A stretch of DNA of 64,000 bases from Desulfatiglandales bacterium (GTDB lineage Bacteria; Desulfobacterota; DSM-4660; Desulfatiglandales; Desulfatiglandaceae), in the NCBI GenBank assembly GCA_963662465.1, contig OY759599.1:3424001-3488000 (forward strand), read 5' to 3'. Positions 39,510 through 49,727 of the stretch are shown here, piece after piece. The stretch's first letter is position 1. Every line of letters begins with the position of its first letter. Under the pieces are notes generated by a model. The model was not told where the DNA came from. It saw only the letters and a program-made list of their open reading frames with translations, and made no database searches. The position numbers and the translations under genes were made by a program.

Positions 39510-41516
39510 ATGACCGGAATTTTTATTGTCGAGGACCAGACGAGCGATGCCCTTCTGCTCGAAGAAACATTGTGCGGCTCCGGATACACGGTTCTGGGGA
39601 CGGCCACTACAGGCGAAGAGGCGGTGGTGAAAGCCCGAATGCTTAAACCCCAGTTGATTCTCATGGATATCGTTCTTCCGGGGAAACTCGACGGTATAGA
39701 CGCGGCTGTCAAAATCAGGTCGGAAATGGACGTCCCCATTGTGTTTTTGACAGGTTATGCTGAAGAAGAACTCTTGGACCGGGCCAAACATATGGTGGCT
39801 CATGGTTATATCCTGAAACCGTACCATGAAAAACAGGTCCAGGCCGCTATCGAGATGGCCCTTTGCAAGAATGACATGGAGAAGCAACTGAAGCGTGCAC
39901 AGGAGGAACTGAAAAGGCTCGTTCTGGACCGTACCAGGCAACTTATTAAAACGAAAGAACAACTGGAGGCACTCTTAAACGCCACCACAGATACACTCCT
40001 GCTCATCGACCTTGAAGGGCGTGTCATTGCGGCCAACACAGTTGCCGCCGGCCGTTTCGGAATGACACTGGAAGCGTTTGAGGGAAAGAATACCTATGAT
40101 CTCATGCCTGTTGAACTGGCCGAATCAAGGCGATCAAAGGTTGAGAAGGTTATTCGGACGGGGAAACCATGCGGGTTTGAAGACACAAGAGAGGGCATCA
40201 TATTAGAGAGCAGCATATATCCGGTATGCGACCACCAGGGGAAGGTGTTCCAGCTGGCCATCCATGGCAGAAACATTACAAGACGGAAGGAGTCTGAACT
40301 GGCCCTGCACCATGGTGAAGCCCGATACCGGGGGATTTTCGAGCACACAAACGCCGGTGTGCTGGTTCTCCATATGCCGGATTCCGGGGAGGATTTCATT
40401 ATCGTTGATCTGAACAATGCCGCTGAAGAAATTCAGGACGTCCGGAGCATGAAAGTGATAGGGAAACACCTGTGCGATGTTTTCCCTGAATTGAAAGATA
40501 TCGGTTTGTTCAGCCTTTTTAAACGGGTGTGGGCCGAAGGAAAACCGGAACACCAGACGGTTCAGCAGTTCGAGAATGGCAGTATTATCATCTGGCGGGA
40601 TTATTTCGTTTACAGACTCCCCTCGGCCGAGGTGGTGGCCGTTTTTGTGGATCAAACCGAAACCAAGCGTGCTGAAGCAGCAGTAAAAGAGAGCCAAAAA
40701 AGCTACCGTCGTCTTCTGGACACCATGAATGAAGGCTTCAGGGTCATAGATGAAAACAAGGTGATCACCTATGCCAACAACAGGCTCTGTGAGATGCTGG
40801 GGGCTGAAATGGAAGAGGTTATCGGTACTCCCGCGGCAACCTTTCTGGATATGGAAAACAGGCAAATTCTGGAAATGCAATTCGCCAGGCGAAAAAGCGG
40901 TGAGTCCGACTCTTATGAGCTTGTCCTGACGGGCAAAGGGGGGCGGAAGATTCATACCATCGTTTCATCCAAACCGAATTTTGACGAAAAGGGCCGTTTC
41001 AGAGGCAGCTTTTCAGTTCTCACCGACATCGGGAAATTGAAAACCACGGAAAGGGCGTTAAGAGAAAAAGAGAAGGCATTGGAAAATGGTAAAGCGGCGC
41101 TCGAAGAAACCAACGCCGCGCTCAATGTGCTTCTGAGACGAAGAGAGGAGGACCGAAATGAACTGGAAGAAAAGGTTCTCAGCAACGTCAACGAGCTGGT
41201 TTCACCCTATGTGGAAAAGCTCAAACAGTGCCTCACGGCCGATAAAGAAAAGGCACTGGTGGAGATTATTCAATCCAACCTGAATGATATCGTTTCACCC
41301 CTTGCCCGAAAGCTTACCTCAAAATATTTCTCCCTGACCCCCAAAGAAATACGGGTCGCCGATCTGATCAAAAAGGAAAAAACCACCAAGGAAATAGCCG
41401 CTTTAATGGGTGTTTCCATGAAAACGGTGGAATATCACCGGGAGAACATCCGCAAAAAACTCGGCATCAAAAAAGAGAAGGTAAACCTTCGCTCTCACCT
41501 CCTTTCCCTTCAATAA
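39510..41516 (+). CDS. REC-PAS-PAS-PAS-LuxR transcriptional regulator
   Basis: Receiver (LMDIVLPG), three PAS domains and LTPKEIRVA...TVEYHRENIRKKLG. Confidence 0.92.
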   Translation: MTGIFIVEDQTSDALLLEETLCGSGYTVLGTATTGEEAVVKARMLKPQLILMDIVLPGKLDGIDAAVKIRSEMDVPIVFLTGYAEEELLDRAKHMVAHGYILKPYHEKQVQAAIEMALCKNDMEKQLKRAQEELKRLVLDRTRQLIKTKEQLEALLNATTDTLLLIDLEGRVIAANTVAAGRFGMTLEAFEGKNTYDLMPVELAESRRSKVEKVIRTGKPCGFEDTREGIILESSIYPVCDHQGKVFQLAIHGRNITRRKESELALHHGEARYRGIFEHTNAGVLVLHMPDSGEDFIIVDLNNAAEEIQDVRSMKVIGKHLCDVFPELKDIGLFSLFKRVWAEGKPEHQTVQQFENGSIIIWRDYFVYRLPSAEVVAVFVDQTETKRAEAAVKESQKSYRRLLDTMNEGFRVIDENKVITYANNRLCEMLGAEMEEVIGTPAATFLDMENRQILEMQFARRKSGESDSYELVLTGKGGRKIHTIVSSKPNFDEKGRFRGSFSVLTDIGKLKTTERALREKEKALENGKAALEETNAALNVLLRRREEDRNELEEKVLSNVNELVSPYVEKLKQCLTADKEKALVEIIQSNLNDIVSPLARKLTSKYFSLTPKEIRVADLIKKEKTTKEIAALMGVSMKTVEYHRENIRKKLGIKKEKVNLRSHLLSLQ

Positions 41517-41902
41517 CCCTAGTTTCATACCCGTATTTTCCGGGTAAATTTTTAGGGTTGTGTTATCTGGATTTTTCGCTAAAATCGAATCGTTTATGTC
41601 GTCATCATTTCTTGGCTCTTGGAAGATTTAGATAAACCATCGTGAGCTTCGCTGATGGGGCCAATAAATAGGAGTAGCTACGGTGGATACATCACCTGGT
41701 GTTGGTCCTTGCTCACCAACAGCAGGTCTGGATGCAACCATATATGCAACGCGAAAGCGCATACTATACGCAAACCGAAATCGACGAAGCTCCATTTTAT
41801 AGGCCATCTTATACAAGGAAGCCTAACCTCCGCTATTTTGGACGGCAAGTCAGGAACCCTACCATATACAGGCATTTGTAAGGCTCTTTATAGGAGGACA
41901 AC

Positions 41903-44900
41903 GTGAAACGACGAAAATGGAATATTTGCCACTTTAGAATGATTATTTTTTTTGTGGGACTTCTTAATATTGCAATAAGCGGCCTTAGCTTTGCCCAAAC
42001 CAACCTCACCATGGGCGTGCCATATTCAGACAGCGTAACAAGCTCTGGAGAAAAGAAATATTATAAAATAGATGTCGCTGCTAACGAACAACTGCTTATT
42101 TTGGTCGAAAAAACCATAAGCTGGGATTCCTCCGTTTACATCAAATACGGTCAACTTCCCACCACATCGGATTACGACGACATGAATTCTAGTTCTTACG
42201 ACCAGTCCTTAGAGATCCCCAGCACCCAATCCGGCACATATTATATCATGTTGGTTTCAGGCAATCCCAGCAGCAATAGTTACACCATCACCCCGAGAAC
42301 CTCTTTGGAGTCACTTACCATAGGTGCACCCACTTCAGGTACTCTTTCCTATTACGGGGCCAAACAGTATTATCAATTAAGTCTCGCTGCTGGACTCCAA
42401 CTCTTTGTATTGCTGGAAAAAACCATAAGCTGGAATTCCTCCGTTTACATCAAATACGGTCAACTTCCCACCACATCGGATTACGACGACATGAATTCTA
42501 GTTCTTACGACCAGTCCGTAGAGATCGCCAACACCCAATCCGGCACATATTATATCATGTTGGTTTCAGGCAATCCCAGCAGCAATAGTTACACCATCAC
42601 CCCGAGAACCTCTTTGGAGTCACTTACCATAGGTTCACCCACTTCAGGTACTCTTTCCTATTACGGGGCCAAACAGTATTATCAATTAAGTCTCGCTGCT
42701 GGACTCCAACTCTTTGTATTGCTGGAAAAAACCATAAGCTGGAATTCCTCCGTTTACATCAAATACGGTCAACTTCCCACCACATCGGATTACGACGACA
42801 TGAATTCTAGTTCTTACGACCAGTCCTTAGAGATCCCCAGCACCCAATCCGGCACATATTATATCATGTTGGTTTCAGGCAATCCCAGCAGCAATAGTTA
42901 CACCATCACCCCGAGAACCTCTTTGGAGTCACTTACCATAGGTGCACCCACTTCAGGTACTCTTTCCTATTACGGGGCCAAACAGTATTATCAATTAAGT
43001 CTCGCTGCTGGACTCCAACTCTTTGTATTGCTGGAAAAAACCATAAGCTGGAATTCCTCCGTTTACATCAAATACGGTCAACTTCCCACCACATCGGATT
43101 ACGACGACATGAATTCTAGTTCTTACGACCAGTCCGTAGAGATCGCCAACACCCAATCCGGCACATATTATATCATGTTGGTTTCAGGCAATCCCAGCAG
43201 CAATAGTTACACCATCACCCCGAGAACCTCTTTGGAGTCACTTACCATAGGTTCACCCACTTCAGGTACTCTTTCCTATTACGGGGCCAAACAGTATTAT
43301 CAATTAAGTCTCGCTGCTGGACTCCAACTCTTTGTATTGCTGGAAAAAACCATAAGCTGGAATTCCTCCGTTTACATCAAATACGGTCAACTTCCCACCA
43401 CATCGGATTACGACGACATGAATTCTGGTTTGTACGACCAGTCCTTGGAGATCCCCAGCACCCAATCCGGCACATATTATATCATGTTGGTTTCAGGCAA
43501 TCCCAGCAGCAATAGTTACACCATCACCCCGAAAACCGCCACTATTGATGTTCTTATTCCGGGCGAGTCTTATCAGGGTTCTATATTATCCGACCTATAC
43601 AACCGTTACGTCCTTGAAACTGAAAGAAGCAGATCGCTCCTCGTGGAGATTGTCCCTCAATCGGGCATAAACTCTGCTATTTTTGACGGCAAACTGGGGA
43701 CCATGCCGCTATATGCCGGCAGTGGCGATTATACCACCCAAGATGTGACCCCCCGTGGCAAATATGAACTTCTTATCTCACCGACCGAGGCGGGGACGTA
43801 CTATTTTTCCTTGTTTGGACAAGACATTGGTGCATCCGGTGGGTCCTATACGATCAAAGCTTCATACGTGGACTATCTTTACCTGAGCAACATCTCGCCA
43901 CGTTCAGGTGGAAACGAAGGATCCATCACCATTGATCTGAAAGGGCTTAACTTTACGCAAGAGATTCAAATTAGCTTAACACGAGAAGGCTTCCCCCTGA
44001 TTGCCGCAGCAGAAAGAACAGTTATTTCATCAACCGGGATGTACGCGACCTTTGATCTTAACGGCGCCCAGCCGGGCATCTATGATGTCCGGATAGAGAA
44101 AGCGGGCGGGTCACCCTCCATTCTGGAAGACGCCTTTGAAGTGATTGGCGGCTTACCCGGTCATTTTAGTATAGTCGGAACCCCGCCCTCTGCCGTTCGC
44201 CCCTCCCGCAACTACACCTTCTGGCTTGAATACGGCAATGACGGTGGTTCCGACCTGCCCGCCCCTCTCTTCATCGTCTCCAACAATGTCAACGCCAAAA
44301 TGCGCCTTTCCAAGGACGAACCTTACAAAGACGGGCCTATCCAGGTATTGGGGGTCGGCTTTGACGGCCCGGCGGGAACCCTGTCTCCAGGCAGTTCCTA
44401 CCGCATCCCCATCTACTTCCAAGTTCCCTCAAATAGCGGCGACATCGACTTCACAGTGGAAAACATGACGGCGGATACAACACCCATCGATTGGGCAACC
44501 ATTGAAAAGGATATCCGGCCCGACGACATGGACGATGATGCCTGGGCCGTTATCTGGACCAACTTCAAGGCACAGATGGGCGGCACCTGGGCCGACTATC
44601 TTAAAAGACTCAATCAGGATGCCACCTACATCAGCCTCTACCGCCGCGCCAAACAGGGAAGCCTGGTGGCCGGAGACCTCACGCTTCAATCCCTGACGGA
44701 TGTGTGCATGTACGATATCCGAACCCTGTTCGGGTTTGAATTCGCCAAGGCCTCCGCCGGTATGTGCCCGCGTACCGCGCTGGCCGGCGCCCGGGATCTC
44801 TTTGTTCCGGCACCGGGCCTGCCCCTTGCATTTGGCAGATTCGCGGCCCAATCCATCGAGAACCGTTTCAAATCCGGCCTGCTCGGCCGGGGCTGGAGCC

Positions 44901-47900
44901 ACACCTATGAGTACCGCGCCACAACCGATGACAACGGCGATGTCACCATTGCGGCACCAGGGGGTGGAAAACGGGTATTTACACTCGTTGGTGGTGGGGC
45001 CTATCAGGGGGCCGCGGGGGACTACGGCACTTTGACATTGGATGCTGGAAAACCAGTCCTGCGTGAAAAAACAGGCATTGTGTGGCGATTCGGCGCGGAT
45101 GGAAAGCTTGCATCCATCGCAGACCCGAACAGCAACAAACTGACCCTTACCTACACCGACGATGACCTGACCACCATCACCCACTCCAACGGCCAATCCA
45201 TCACCCTTGAATACAACGCCGCAGGCCGCATCATCCAGGCCACCGATCCCGCAGGCCGGGTGGTGGCGTACCAGTATGACGCCGCCTTCGAACAGCTTGT
45301 GAGCGTGGTGGAGCCGGGGGGTATGACCACCGCTTACGCCTACCATCCGGCTGATGGAACCCCATCGGCCCGGGCGCTCACCGCCATCACCTTTCCGGAC
45401 GGCACTCATTATTCCTATGATTACGACAGTCAGGGGCGGCTGAACAGGGAATGGGGAGATCAGGATGCGGGTGAGACCTCCTACGCCTACGACTCGCAGG
45501 GTAAGGTCACCATCACCGATGCCCTGGGGAACAAATCCTATTTCTGGTCCGGTCCCAAAGGGGCACTCCTGCAGGCCCAGACTTCCCTGGGTGCCGTTGC
45601 CAAAACCGCCTATGACGATAAAACACAAATGTCCCAACTCGTTGGCCCCGACGGCCGATCCGCTTCTATGGCCTATGATACCAAAGGAAACCCGACGGGT
45701 GTTGAAAATGCCCTGGACCAGGTGGTTCAAATGACATTTGAACCGTCCCTGAGCCGCATGACCCAACTGGTGGACACCCGGTCCAATAAAACCCAATTCG
45801 CATACGATGCCGCTGGCAATCTCCTGAGTATCACCTATCCGGATACCAAAGCCGAATCCTTCGGCTATGATGCTCAGGGCCTGCCCACCACCTACACCAG
45901 TCGCCGGGGGAGTTCCATTCAGTACAGTTACAACGAGAGGGGACAGGTAACGGAAAAAAGCTACCCCGGTGGAAAAACCATTCAGTATCAGTATGACGCC
46001 AAAGGAAACCTCATCTCAGCAGAAGATTCGGAGACCGGGACCATTGTCATGCAGTACGATGACCGTGATTTTCTGACCCGCATCTCGTATCCCGGCGGGT
46101 ACTGGTTTGCCTTCCAATACGACGATGCGGGAAAGCGGACCCGAAGGACCGGTCATGACGGCCATATTCTCAATTATTTCCATGATGACGCGGGAAGGCT
46201 CCAGCGGATGACCGATGGCGCCGGACAGGAGCTGGTCCGATACGAATACAACAAGAACAACTACCTCACCAAGGAAATCAAGGGAAACGGCACCTATACC
46301 ACCTATACCTATGACACGGATTCCCAGCTCCTTCACATGGTCAACTATTCCCCGGGGGGAGCGGTGCAGTCCCGGTTTGATTATACCTATGACGTCAACG
46401 GCAACCGCACCGCCATGTCCACGTTGGAAGGCACCACCAGTTACCAGTATGACGCCACCGGACAGCTTGTGGGGGTAACCTATCCCGGAGGCCGGCATGT
46501 GGTCTATGATTATGATGCGGCCGGGAACCGCGTCAGTGTTACGGACAGCGGAACCGCCACCAGCTATACCACCAACAACATGAACCAGTACACCAAGGTG
46601 GGAAATGCCACCTATACCTACGATGCGGACGGCAACATGATCTCCAAAACCGATGCGTCCGGCACCACGACCTACACCTACGATGATGACAACCGACTCA
46701 TACAGGTAAACACCCCGTCCAACGGAACCTGGGAATACACCTACGATGCCCTGGGGAATCGAATGACGGCCACCCATGACGGTGAACTGATCCGGTATGT
46801 CCATGATCCCAGGGGTCTGGTGGATGTGGCGGCCCAGTACGATACGGACGGCGCCCTGGTGGCCCGGTACACCCACGGGCTGGGGCTTGTATCCAGGTCC
46901 GACGAATCCGAAAACCCAGCCTTTTACGCCTTTGACGCCATCGGCAACACCCGCCAGATGAGCGATGCAAGCGGGGCTGTGGTGAATACCTATGATTATT
47001 CACCCTTTGGCATTTCCCTTGGATCAGATGAAACCGTTGAAAATCCTTTCCGGTATGTGGGCCGGTTCGGGGTGATGGATGAGGGGAATGGGCTGCAGTT
47101 TATGCGGGCAAGGTATTATGATGGGGGCCTTGGACGTTTTATTACGATTGATCCGATTCTATTCAATGGGAAGGATAATAATCTCTATCGTTACGTTGTG
47201 AATCAACCTCTTGATTTAGCTGATCCCCATGGTTTGGGTTCAAAAAGTACGACTCATTTTTTAAAATGGCCTCCTCACGAAGCTATCTTTTTTGATGAAC
47301 CCCAAACAATCACCTTAACAATAAATGGAACACAAGTAACTTACAAAAATGTGGAGAACATAGGCTTTGGGCCTTGGGGTAAAAGTTGGTACAAAGGTGG
47401 AATTAGTATAAATAGCGAAGATAGAGACAATTATTATAATGGTTTTCCTTGGGGGATCGGAAATCTAAGAGATGATCTATTAGTGAAGACCATTGAGAAA
47501 ACACCGGTCTATGACATCTATTTTCCCTTCTTGATAGATTGCAGGAGTTGGGCAAATGCAGTTTATGAGCAGTACTTGATAATTGAACTAGCTGAAAGCT
47601 CCTCCCAAGTCATCAAATCCGTCGACCCCAACGAAAAGGCAGGCCCTGCCGGTATCGGTGAACAAAAGTACGTGGTAGGCGGCGAAAAGATGGCCTACAC
47701 CATTTATTTCGAGAACAAATCCACGGCCACGGCGCCAGCCCAGGAGGTGTTCATCACCGATTATCTGGACACGGATCTGGACTGGACAACTTTTCGCCTC
47801 GGAGAGGTGGCATTCGGCAGCCAGGTGGTGAATGACCTCACCGGAAAGGAGGCCGGCGAAACCCAGGTGATGCTGCCGGACCTGGCGGTGGATATTTCGG

Positions 47901-49633
47901 CCCAGCGGTACCCCGGCTCCGGAACCGTCCGCTGGACCTTGAAGAGCATCGACCCGGAAACCGGGGAACTGCCCGAGGACCCCTACGCCGGTTTTCTGCC
48001 TCCGGAAGACGGTTCCGGCCGGGGACAGGGGCATGTGTCCTTTACGGTCAAGGCCCGAAATGACCGGACAGCCGGCACCACCATTACCAACACCGCATCC
48101 ATCGTGTTTGATACCGAAGCTCCCATCAGCACAAACCAGGTGTCCAACACCATTGCCGACGCGGCCCCCAGTGCGCCTACCAATCCGGGGGTGCCGGATG
48201 GATCCACCGATGTGGCGGTTTCCGCGGTGCTGAGCTGGACCGGCTGTGAATACGCCACAAGCTATGAAATTTACCTCTGGAAGTCGGATCAGCCAAAGCC
48301 CGCAACACCCACCGCAAACGGCCTTTCCACCCCCTATTATGACCCGGCCCCCGACCTCGTGGGGAGCACCACCTATTCCTGGCAGGCAGTGGCGGTGAAT
48401 ACCATGGGAAAAACCAGTGGCCCTGTCTGGGGGTTTACCACCCGTGCAGCCGCCTCAGTACCGACCGTAACCACAGGGACCGCCAGTTCCGTCACACCTG
48501 ACGCCGCCACTCTGAACGGCACGGTGAACCCCAATAGCGCCGACACAACGGCGGTATTTGAATGGGGTACGGATTACAGTTACGGCAGCACGGTTACATC
48601 CGTCCAGAGCCCCCTTTCCGGAACCGGCACGCAGGCGGTGAATGTGGGTATCAGCGGGCTCGTCCAAGGCACCACATATCACTTCAGGGTGAAAGGCACC
48701 AACAGTGAAGGGATACGGTACGGCGATGATCAGACCTTTGCCACCGATGGTTCGAACCCTTCCGTTACGACGACAAAAGCCTCCTCCATAACCTATACCA
48801 GTGCCACAACCGGCGGCAATGTCACTTCCGATGGCGGCTCACCGGTAACGGCCAGAGGCGTGTGCTGGAGAACAACGGAAAATCCCACAACCGACGACAA
48901 TGTGGTTCAAGGAGGCGCGGGAACCGGCACTTTCAGCTGTGAAATTACAGGACTGTCTCCCGCCGGAACGTATTATGTCCGGGCCTATGCCACCAACAGC
49001 ACGGGTACCGGCTACGGCGATAATGTGGCGTTTACCACAACTTCTCCCAGTCCGACCGCTCCCACGGTAACGACATCCCCCGTATCCTCCATCACTACCA
49101 GCAGCGCCAAATGCGGTGGAACCGTCACCTCTGAAGGCGGCGCCGTGGTAACGGCCAGGGGTGTTTGCTGGAGCACATCCGCCAACCCGACCACGGGTCA
49201 GAGTCACACCACCGATGGGACAGGCGCAGGGAGCTTTGCCAGTGCTATTGAGGGACTGAAACCGGGCATGACTTACCACGTCAGGGCCTATGCGACAAAC
49301 GTGGTTGAAACAGCGTATGGAACCGACCGATCATTTACGACTGATTTTTCAACTATTCTGTACGTCAACAAGAATGATGGGCAATGCGGCGAAAAAAGCC
49401 CCTGCTACACGTCGATTCAGGATGCCGTCGATAAGGCAATTGCCGGGGCCGCCATAAGAATATCCCACGGAGATTACGATGGTTCCTTCCGACTGGAACG
49501 GTCAATAAATCTGACCATCCAGGGCGGCTGGGATGATAAATTTAAAACACAAACAGCGAACAAGACTTTCACCAGAGCGCCCAGCGCACCAAAGGGATCG
49601 CTTACCATTCAGATGTTAACCGTAAAACCTTGA
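41903..49633 (+). CDS. Giant secreted RHS/YD-repeat protein (PPC-like repeats, IPT/TIG, RHS core, variable tip, FN3-like repeats)
   Basis: AGGAGG RBS, signal peptide, YD repeats, RHS core NPFRYVG..RARYYD..GRFIT.DPI..YRYVVNQP..DPHGL, then DPNEK.GP and FN3-like YYVRAYATN repeats. Confidence 0.9.
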   Translation: MKRRKWNICHFRMIIFFVGLLNIAISGLSFAQTNLTMGVPYSDSVTSSGEKKYYKIDVAANEQLLILVEKTISWDSSVYIKYGQLPTTSDYDDMNSSSYDQSLEIPSTQSGTYYIMLVSGNPSSNSYTITPRTSLESLTIGAPTSGTLSYYGAKQYYQLSLAAGLQLFVLLEKTISWNSSVYIKYGQLPTTSDYDDMNSSSYDQSVEIANTQSGTYYIMLVSGNPSSNSYTITPRTSLESLTIGSPTSGTLSYYGAKQYYQLSLAAGLQLFVLLEKTISWNSSVYIKYGQLPTTSDYDDMNSSSYDQSLEIPSTQSGTYYIMLVSGNPSSNSYTITPRTSLESLTIGAPTSGTLSYYGAKQYYQLSLAAGLQLFVLLEKTISWNSSVYIKYGQLPTTSDYDDMNSSSYDQSVEIANTQSGTYYIMLVSGNPSSNSYTITPRTSLESLTIGSPTSGTLSYYGAKQYYQLSLAAGLQLFVLLEKTISWNSSVYIKYGQLPTTSDYDDMNSGLYDQSLEIPSTQSGTYYIMLVSGNPSSNSYTITPKTATIDVLIPGESYQGSILSDLYNRYVLETERSRSLLVEIVPQSGINSAIFDGKLGTMPLYAGSGDYTTQDVTPRGKYELLISPTEAGTYYFSLFGQDIGASGGSYTIKASYVDYLYLSNISPRSGGNEGSITIDLKGLNFTQEIQISLTREGFPLIAAAERTVISSTGMYATFDLNGAQPGIYDVRIEKAGGSPSILEDAFEVIGGLPGHFSIVGTPPSAVRPSRNYTFWLEYGNDGGSDLPAPLFIVSNNVNAKMRLSKDEPYKDGPIQVLGVGFDGPAGTLSPGSSYRIPIYFQVPSNSGDIDFTVENMTADTTPIDWATIEKDIRPDDMDDDAWAVIWTNFKAQMGGTWADYLKRLNQDATYISLYRRAKQGSLVAGDLTLQSLTDVCMYDIRTLFGFEFAKASAGMCPRTALAGARDLFVPAPGLPLAFGRFAAQSIENRFKSGLLGRGWSHTYEYRATTDDNGDVTIAAPGGGKRVFTLVGGGAYQGAAGDYGTLTLDAGKPVLREKTGIVWRFGADGKLASIADPNSNKLTLTYTDDDLTTITHSNGQSITLEYNAAGRIIQATDPAGRVVAYQYDAAFEQLVSVVEPGGMTTAYAYHPADGTPSARALTAITFPDGTHYSYDYDSQGRLNREWGDQDAGETSYAYDSQGKVTITDALGNKSYFWSGPKGALLQAQTSLGAVAKTAYDDKTQMSQLVGPDGRSASMAYDTKGNPTGVENALDQVVQMTFEPSLSRMTQLVDTRSNKTQFAYDAAGNLLSITYPDTKAESFGYDAQGLPTTYTSRRGSSIQYSYNERGQVTEKSYPGGKTIQYQYDAKGNLISAEDSETGTIVMQYDDRDFLTRISYPGGYWFAFQYDDAGKRTRRTGHDGHILNYFHDDAGRLQRMTDGAGQELVRYEYNKNNYLTKEIKGNGTYTTYTYDTDSQLLHMVNYSPGGAVQSRFDYTYDVNGNRTAMSTLEGTTSYQYDATGQLVGVTYPGGRHVVYDYDAAGNRVSVTDSGTATSYTTNNMNQYTKVGNATYTYDADGNMISKTDASGTTTYTYDDDNRLIQVNTPSNGTWEYTYDALGNRMTATHDGELIRYVHDPRGLVDVAAQYDTDGALVARYTHGLGLVSRSDESENPAFYAFDAIGNTRQMSDASGAVVNTYDYSPFGISLGSDETVENPFRYVGRFGVMDEGNGLQFMRARYYDGGLGRFITIDPILFNGKDNNLYRYVVNQPLDLADPHGLGSKSTTHFLKWPPHEAIFFDEPQTITLTINGTQVTYKNVENIGFGPWGKSWYKGGISINSEDRDNYYNGFPWGIGNLRDDLLVKTIEKTPVYDIYFPFLIDCRSWANAVYEQYLIIELAESSSQVIKSVDPNEKAGPAGIGEQKYVVGGEKMAYTIYFENKSTATAPAQEVFITDYLDTDLDWTTFRLGEVAFGSQVVNDLTGKEAGETQVMLPDLAVDISAQRYPGSGTVRWTLKSIDPETGELPEDPYAGFLPPEDGSGRGQGHVSFTVKARNDRTAGTTITNTASIVFDTEAPISTNQVSNTIADAAPSAPTNPGVPDGSTDVAVSAVLSWTGCEYATSYEIYLWKSDQPKPATPTANGLSTPYYDPAPDLVGSTTYSWQAVAVNTMGKTSGPVWGFTTRAAASVPTVTTGTASSVTPDAATLNGTVNPNSADTTAVFEWGTDYSYGSTVTSVQSPLSGTGTQAVNVGISGLVQGTTYHFRVKGTNSEGIRYGDDQTFATDGSNPSVTTTKASSITYTSATTGGNVTSDGGSPVTARGVCWRTTENPTTDDNVVQGGAGTGTFSCEITGLSPAGTYYVRAYATNSTGTGYGDNVAFTTTSPSPTAPTVTTSPVSSITTSSAKCGGTVTSEGGAVVTARGVCWSTSANPTTGQSHTTDGTGAGSFASAIEGLKPGMTYHVRAYATNVVETAYGTDRSFTTDFSTILYVNKNDGQCGEKSPCYTSIQDAVDKAIAGAAIRISHGDYDGSFRLERSINLTIQGGWDDKFKTQTANKTFTRAPSAPKGSLTIQMLTVKP
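42107..43531 (+). repeat. ~4.6 near-identical 309-bp tandem repeats (103-aa PPC-like domains) with A-B-A-B-A' alternation
   Basis: ACCATAAG recurs at 42113, 42422, 42731, 43040 and 43349; SLEIPS/SVEIAN and GAP/GSP variants alternate. Confidence 0.95.
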
Positions 49634-49727
49634 TGCAAACAGGGCTTTTATTGCTATTTGATCAAGAAGGCAAAAGCTGGAAGAGAAATTGATGGGTTAT
49701 CCCTCCTTTTGCCGGGAGAAAAGCATA

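Noticed and set aside
41630..41890. Long leader before the RHS gene with small hairpins (ATGC..CGCGAAAGCGCAT), and short ORFs there
   Set aside because: No recognisable riboswitch consensus; the ORFs overlap on both strands and lack RBS or motifs
42107..43531. Repeat array considered as a CRISPR array or DGR-like feature
   Set aside because: The units are contiguous 309-bp in-frame coding repeats with no unique spacers; no cas or reverse transcriptase gene is present
44429..46876. Long antisense ORFs (455 aa and 286 aa) and similar ones such as 28678..29580
   Set aside because: Shadow frames opposite well-supported GC-rich genes, with no protein motifs
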